Shown here piece after piece: positions 59,808 to 64,000 of a stretch of DNA of 64,000 bases. Numbering within the stretch: the stretch's first letter is position 1; every line of letters begins with the position of its first letter. The position numbers and the translations under genes are program-made. Origin of the DNA: a virus; the IMG/VR virus record IMGVR_UViG_3300034272_001701, positions 48,473 through 112,472 of that record; one strand, written 5' to 3'. The notes below the pieces were generated by a model, which was not told the DNA's origin, did no database searches, and saw only the letters and a program-made list of their open reading frames with translations.

Positions 59808-59830
59808 AACACTGTATTTTAAGGAACCTA

Positions 59831-60715
59831 ATGAAACACAACTATCTAAACAACCGTGATATTCTTAAAGAAATTCATAAAAGTAAAACTACCTATTGTA
59901 GTTTTTTAGCACCCGAAGACGGTGATTACGATATAATTTTACCCGGTGTGGATAAAATTAACAAGAAAAACATCACAGAAGGACGCAAACTCAGAGCAGA
60001 AAGACTAGGTCGTGCAGCATATGATGCTGCACAGTCTGCAACTACTGTTAAACTAAAACTTGATGATTTTTCTGTTAAACCAAGTAAAATTAAAGACACA
60101 GAAGTGGTTTTTCGAATCATGACATGGGAACATATCCCAATTGATGATGTTAAGACTAAAAAAGCTGCGGACAAGCTTGCCGAAGATGACGATGTTCTAT
60201 TAACCGAATACGACGATTTGGTGCCTGCAGTTGCTCCTGCAAAGTATGTCAAAGTAAATTTTCCGCCATTCCAACATTACAAGATTGACGACAACGGAAA
60301 CTCGTATTGCGTGGGAAAAAGTCATTGGCAGGGAGATCTTGACAAGGGCAAATTTTCAAAAGAACACGGCACAATGACTAAAAAACTAGCTCATATGTTT
60401 ATGAAACTGTGCGAACGGTATGCAACACGTTCAAACTGGAGAGGATACACTTACAATGATGAAATGCGTAGCCAGGCATTATTACAACTTTCCCAGATAG
60501 GACTACAATTTGATGAAAGCAAATCACAAAATCCTTTTGCTTATTATACTGCTGCTATCACTAATTCCTTTACTCGAGTCCTTAACATTGAAAAGCGCAA
60601 CCAGAATCTTCGAGATGATATTCTTGAAATGAATGGATTGACTCCTAGTTATACTAGACAGGGCATGAGTTCGTGGGGCGGCAGCGCACCATCCGGCGAA
60701 TATAGTGATGATTAA
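59831..60715 (+). CDS. Late-transcription sigma factor (T4 gp55-like)
   Basis: NYLNNRDILKEI and NWRGYTYNDEM..AL......QFDESKSQNPFAYYT..I.NSF.R....EK; directly upstream of gp47/gp46. Confidence 0.88.
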   Translation: MKHNYLNNRDILKEIHKSKTTYCSFLAPEDGDYDIILPGVDKINKKNITEGRKLRAERLGRAAYDAAQSATTVKLKLDDFSVKPSKIKDTEVVFRIMTWEHIPIDDVKTKKAADKLAEDDDVLLTEYDDLVPAVAPAKYVKVNFPPFQHYKIDDNGNSYCVGKSHWQGDLDKGKFSKEHGTMTKKLAHMFMKLCERYATRSNWRGYTYNDEMRSQALLQLSQIGLQFDESKSQNPFAYYTAAITNSFTRVLNIEKRNQNLRDDILEMNGLTPSYTRQGMSSWGGSAPSGEYSDD

Positions 60716-60717
60716 GT

Positions 60718-60747
60718 TTGACTTTCCTAATAGGAAAAGTGTAAACT
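60718..60747 (+). promoter_or_regulatory. Sigma70-like promoter with a palindromic spacer, upstream of gp47
   Basis: TTGACT (60718-23), 18 bp, TAAACT (60742-47). Palindrome TTTCCTA-A-TAGGAAA (60723-37). ATG at 60754 is the 7th nt after the -10 box. Confidence 0.55.
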
Positions 60748-60753
60748 AACAAG

Positions 60754-61773
60754 ATGTCTAATCTATTTAAAAAAGCAGCAGTTTGCACAGATATCCACTT
60801 TGGCTTAAAAAGCAACAGTCAAACTCACAACGACGATTGTTTAAATTTTATCAAGTGGTTTACCCAGAAGGCCAAGGAAGAAGGATGCGAAACTGCCTTC
60901 TTCCTAGGCGATTGGCACAATAATCGTGCAAGTATTAATATTGTTACGCTCAACTACAGTCTTAGAGCCTTGGAGCACCTAAATGACAATTTTGAAGCTG
61001 TTTATTTTATTCCTGGCAATCACGATCTTTATTATCGCGACAAACGCGATGTCCAAAGTGTTGCATGGGCACGGAACTTACCTAACATTCATATTTGTAA
61101 TGATTGGCATATTGGTGGGGACGTGGTTATTGCTCCTTGGTTGGTTGGTGACGATTATAAGCGTATTCCTAAGCTGAATGCCAAATACATGTTTGGGCAT
61201 TTTGAACTGCCGCACTTCTATATGAATGCCATGGTTCAAATGCCTGACCATGGAGACGTCAAGCGTGAAGACTTTGGGGGTATCGAACATGTGTTTACCG
61301 GACATTTTCACAAACGACAGACACACAAAAATATTACCTACATTGGCAATTGCTTTCCGCACAACTATGCAGACAATCACGACGACGAGCGTGGCATGAT
61401 GATACTAGAATGGGGTGCAGAGCCTGAGTATCATGCCTGGCCCGATCAGCCTAGATATCGTGTGTATCAACTCAGTGATGTATTGCAAAATACCGATGCA
61501 CTGCTTAATCCAGGCATGCATGTGCGTGTTAATCTTGATGTAGATATCAGCTACGAAGAAGCTACTTTTATCAAAGAAACTTTTGTAAATACTTACAATC
61601 TCAGAGAAATTACACTTATTCCACAAAAGACTGTTAGCGAAGATATCAATTACGATATCACCGGAAACATAATGTTTGAAAGTGTAGATACTATTGTTAC
61701 CAATCAATTGACAAATATTCAAAGCGAACAATACAACAAGACACTATTATTAGACATTTATAGAAATTTATGA
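60754..61773 (+). CDS. Recombination endonuclease subunit (gp47, Mre11/SbcD-like)
   Basis: Metallophosphoesterase motifs TDIHFG, LGDWH, PGNHD, GHFEL and TGHFH. Confidence 0.93.
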   Translation: MSNLFKKAAVCTDIHFGLKSNSQTHNDDCLNFIKWFTQKAKEEGCETAFFLGDWHNNRASINIVTLNYSLRALEHLNDNFEAVYFIPGNHDLYYRDKRDVQSVAWARNLPNIHICNDWHIGGDVVIAPWLVGDDYKRIPKLNAKYMFGHFELPHFYMNAMVQMPDHGDVKREDFGGIEHVFTGHFHKRQTHKNITYIGNCFPHNYADNHDDERGMMILEWGAEPEYHAWPDQPRYRVYQLSDVLQNTDALLNPGMHVRVNLDVDISYEEATFIKETFVNTYNLREITLIPQKTVSEDINYDITGNIMFESVDTIVTNQLTNIQSEQYNKTLLLDIYRNL

Positions 61774-62552
61774 ATACAGTTCTGTTGGGCATGCCCGGAC
61801 TTTATCAGAATTGGGTAATGGCTGCTGTAGATCCTAACAGCAAATTTCAATTGCACGGCGAGCAAAATTTTTTTTGCAGCAAGAGTAAAGTAAAATGGTT
61901 GATAAAACCAGGTATGTCTGATTATCCTGAACCTAATTCAGAATCTGTAATAATAAATCTTTATGTAAATGAGCATAATTTTCCGTGGTACTTGTATAAT
62001 TTGTTTGAAAAAACTTATGATATCAAAATCATGGTAGACACGTTGGTTCAAGATTTATTGGACCGTGGAGATAAATTTACCATATTCACTGAGTTTAAAA
62101 AGTTGTTGCTGCAAATTGATTATAACGACTACAATGCTGTGGTCAATTTGTTTTATCTTTTATTTTTAGAAAACAATTATTATTTGTGTAAGACTGCTGA
62201 ATTTACCAATCCTTTGTACATCAATATTGAATACAATGATTTTTTAAATCAAACATGTCTATTAGAAAAATTAAAGAATGTGCCTGGCTTTGACTTTGAT
62301 CACTTTGATCAAATGTATCAACAGCTAGTAGATAGAAATCGACGATACTTTACAAGAAAACAAGATTATCTTGATAAATTAGCCGGTGTGCAAAATTTTG
62401 ATTTGATAGAATTAGCGTACACTGGCAAGTTGGCTTCGATGTTGTACGGCAAACAAATTGATTGGATTAATCCAAAATTTAGAATGGCAGTATTAAAAAG
62501 TAAACAAACCGAGCTATATGAATTAGCTAAAAAAATGTGCTATAATTATTAA
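61770..62552 (+). CDS. AT-rich hypothetical protein between gp47 and gp46
   Basis: 260-aa ORF with no nuclease motif; weak sulfotransferase-like features. Confidence 0.65.
   Translation: MNTVLLGMPGLYQNWVMAAVDPNSKFQLHGEQNFFCSKSKVKWLIKPGMSDYPEPNSESVIINLYVNEHNFPWYLYNLFEKTYDIKIMVDTLVQDLLDRGDKFTIFTEFKKLLLQIDYNDYNAVVNLFYLLFLENNYYLCKTAEFTNPLYINIEYNDFLNQTCLLEKLKNVPGFDFDHFDQMYQQLVDRNRRYFTRKQDYLDKLAGVQNFDLIELAYTGKLASMLYGKQIDWINPKFRMAVLKSKQTELYELAKKMCYNY
62536..62546 (+). promoter_or_regulatory. Extended -10 promoter TGTGCTATAAT upstream of gp46
   Basis: TATAAT at 62541-46 and ATG at 62553 (leaderless spacing); identical 11-mer to the element at 7426-7436. Confidence 0.6.
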
Positions 62553-64000
62553 ATGTTTAAAATCAAAACTCTATCTGTAAAGAATTTTATGAGCGTGGGC
62601 AATACTACCCAAGCTGTTCAATTTGATCGTAATGATCTGACCCTTGTGCTAGGACAAAACCTAGACCTAGGCGGAGATGACACTGGCGCCAGAAATGGCA
62701 CAGGCAAAACAACTATTATCAATGCGTTGAGTTATGCACTTTATGGAGCCGCTCTAACTAACATTAGGAAAGATAATCTTATCAATAAAACAAATGGTAA
62801 GAATATGTTGGTTACGATTGAGTTTGAGAAAGATAGCATTGATTACAAGATAGAACGAGGGCGCAAGCCCAACACAATGGCCTTTTACGTAGGCGGACAA
62901 GAACAACAGATCACAGACGAGAGTCAAGGAGACTCGAGAGAAACACAAGCAGAAATTGAACGTATGTTAGGCATGAGCCACGACATGTTCAAACACATTG
63001 TTGCACTAAACACGTACACCGAGCCGTTTCTTGCATTAAAAGCCAACGATCAGCGAGCCATTATTGAACAGTTGCTTGGCATCACAATGCTGAGTGAAAA
63101 AGCCGACGCCCTTAAAGAACAATTAAAGGCAACAAAGGATACAATTACTCAAGAAGAATATCGTATCAAGGCAGTCACTGATGCCAATGCACGTATACAA
63201 GAACAAATTGAAGCTACACGGCGCAGACAAACACTATGGACCACCAAACAAGGAAATGAAATTAATGAGCTCAAAAAAGCTATAGAGGTTGTTGGTGATT
63301 TAGATATCGAACAAGAGTTAGCCAGCCACGATGCGCTAGATACATATAACGAAAAAACTAAAAAAGCCGCAGAAATTAATCGTTGGAAAATTGCTTGCGA
63401 AACCGATCAAGTAAGAATATTAAAGCAACTGGATAAACTCAAGAAAGAAATTGAAACATTAGAAAAGCATGAATGCTATGCGTGTGGACAACCAATGCAC
63501 GATTCTAAACACGAAGAAGTGTTAGAAGAAAAACGAACAACGCTTAAAGAAACAGCATTACAATATCTTTCAAACGATGAACAATTACATGCACACATCG
63601 GTGCCTTGGAACTACTAGGAGAGCCGGGTCCTGTTCCCACTGTGTTTTATGATCGTAAGGAAGATGCTATCAATCACAAGAACACTGTGGCCAATCTAAA
63701 ACAACAATTGGCAACAAAACAAGCAGAAGTAGATCCATACGAAGAACAAATTCGTGAAATGGAAACGCAAGCTCTTGAAGAAATCAACTACGACCTAATC
63801 AATGAATTGGCCAATGTCAAAGAACATCAAGAATTCTTACTTAAACTATTGACCAACAAAGATAGTTTTATTCGTAAACGTATAATCGATCAAAATTTAT
63901 CTTACTTGAATGCAAGATTAAGCCAGTACCTGGATCGTATTGGTCTACCACACACTGTTAAATTTCAAAACGATCTCTCTGTCAGTATCGAAGAACTCGG
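62553..64000 (+). CDS. Recombination ATPase subunit (gp46, Rad50/SbcC-like), 3'-truncated; absent from the ORF track
   Basis: Hand translation: MFKIKTLSVKNFMSVGN, Walker A GARNGTGKTT, coiled coil, in-frame zinc hook CYAC (63474-85), and in-frame ...KFQNDLSVSIEEL at the window end. Confidence 0.93.
   Translation, partial: MFKIKTLSVKNFMSVGNTTQAVQFDRNDLTLVLGQNLDLGGDDTGARNGTGKTTIINALSYALYGAALTNIRKDNLINKTNGKNMLVTIEFEKDSIDYKIERGRKPNTMAFYVGGQEQQITDESQGDSRETQAEIERMLGMSHDMFKHIVALNTYTEPFLALKANDQRAIIEQLLGITMLSEKADALKEQLKATKDTITQEEYRIKAVTDANARIQEQIEATRRRQTLWTTKQGNEINELKKAIEVVGDLDIEQELASHDALDTYNEKTKKAAEINRWKIACETDQVRILKQLDKLKKEIETLEKHECYACGQPMHDSKHEEVLEEKRTTLKETALQYLSNDEQLHAHIGALELLGEPGPVPTVFYDRKEDAINHKNTVANLKQQLATKQAEVDPYEEQIREMETQALEEINYDLINELANVKEHQEFLLKLLTNKDSFIRKRIIDQNLSYLNARLSQYLDRIGLPHTVKFQNDLSVSIEEL

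Noticed and set aside
61770-62552. Homing endonuclease between gp47 and gp46
   Set aside because: No GIY-YIG, HNH or LAGLIDADG motif.
221-62948. Numerous 60-150 aa antisense or nested ORFs in the track (e.g. 8998..9438, 20197..20661, 51755..52096, 59423..59770)
   Set aside because: They lie within longer, motif-supported genes and show no recognisable motifs; treated as shadow ORFs.
1-64000. tRNA/rRNA genes, CRISPR arrays, integrases/transposases, diversity-generating retroelement, stop-codon reassignment
   Set aside because: Intergenic gaps are under ~70 bp. I saw no repeat-spacer pattern, cloverleaf, reverse transcriptase or recombinase motif. Genes are full length in the standard code and all three stop codons are used.

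Overview
A 64-kb, AT-rich, almost gap-free segment of a large T4-like (myovirus, probably jumbo-type) phage genome in standard genetic code. It has four parts. (1) Nucleotide metabolism: DHFR, a canonical thymidylate synthase and dCMP deaminase. (2) A ~23-kb tailoring-enzyme island (2186-25352): NDP-sugar epimerases, a DegT-type aminotransferase, several glycosyltransferase-like families, three SGNH-like proteins, a NodU/CmcH carbamoyltransferase, an unannotated 33-aa SxtK-like peptide, a 2OG-Fe(II) oxygenase, an APS-kinase-like kinase, and five radical SAM enzymes with N-terminal twitch-like domains. Twenty of these genes form one overlapping minus-strand run directly downstream of the tail-fibre genes. 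(3) A minus-strand tail/baseplate module: fibres, a Gly-rich adhesin, a 4719-aa baseplate protein, and gp6-, gp25-, gp5-, hub-, gp53- and gp48/54-like genes. (4) The divergent gp55 late sigma factor, gp47 and a truncated gp46 (missing from the ORF track). The best candidate for an undescribed system is the radical SAM/glycosyltransferase/carbamoyltransferase operon linked to virion genes. It may build and chemically tailor a glycan or cross-linked coat on the virion; DNA or host-surface modification are the alternatives. All product calls come from motif recognition by eye; no database searches were run.
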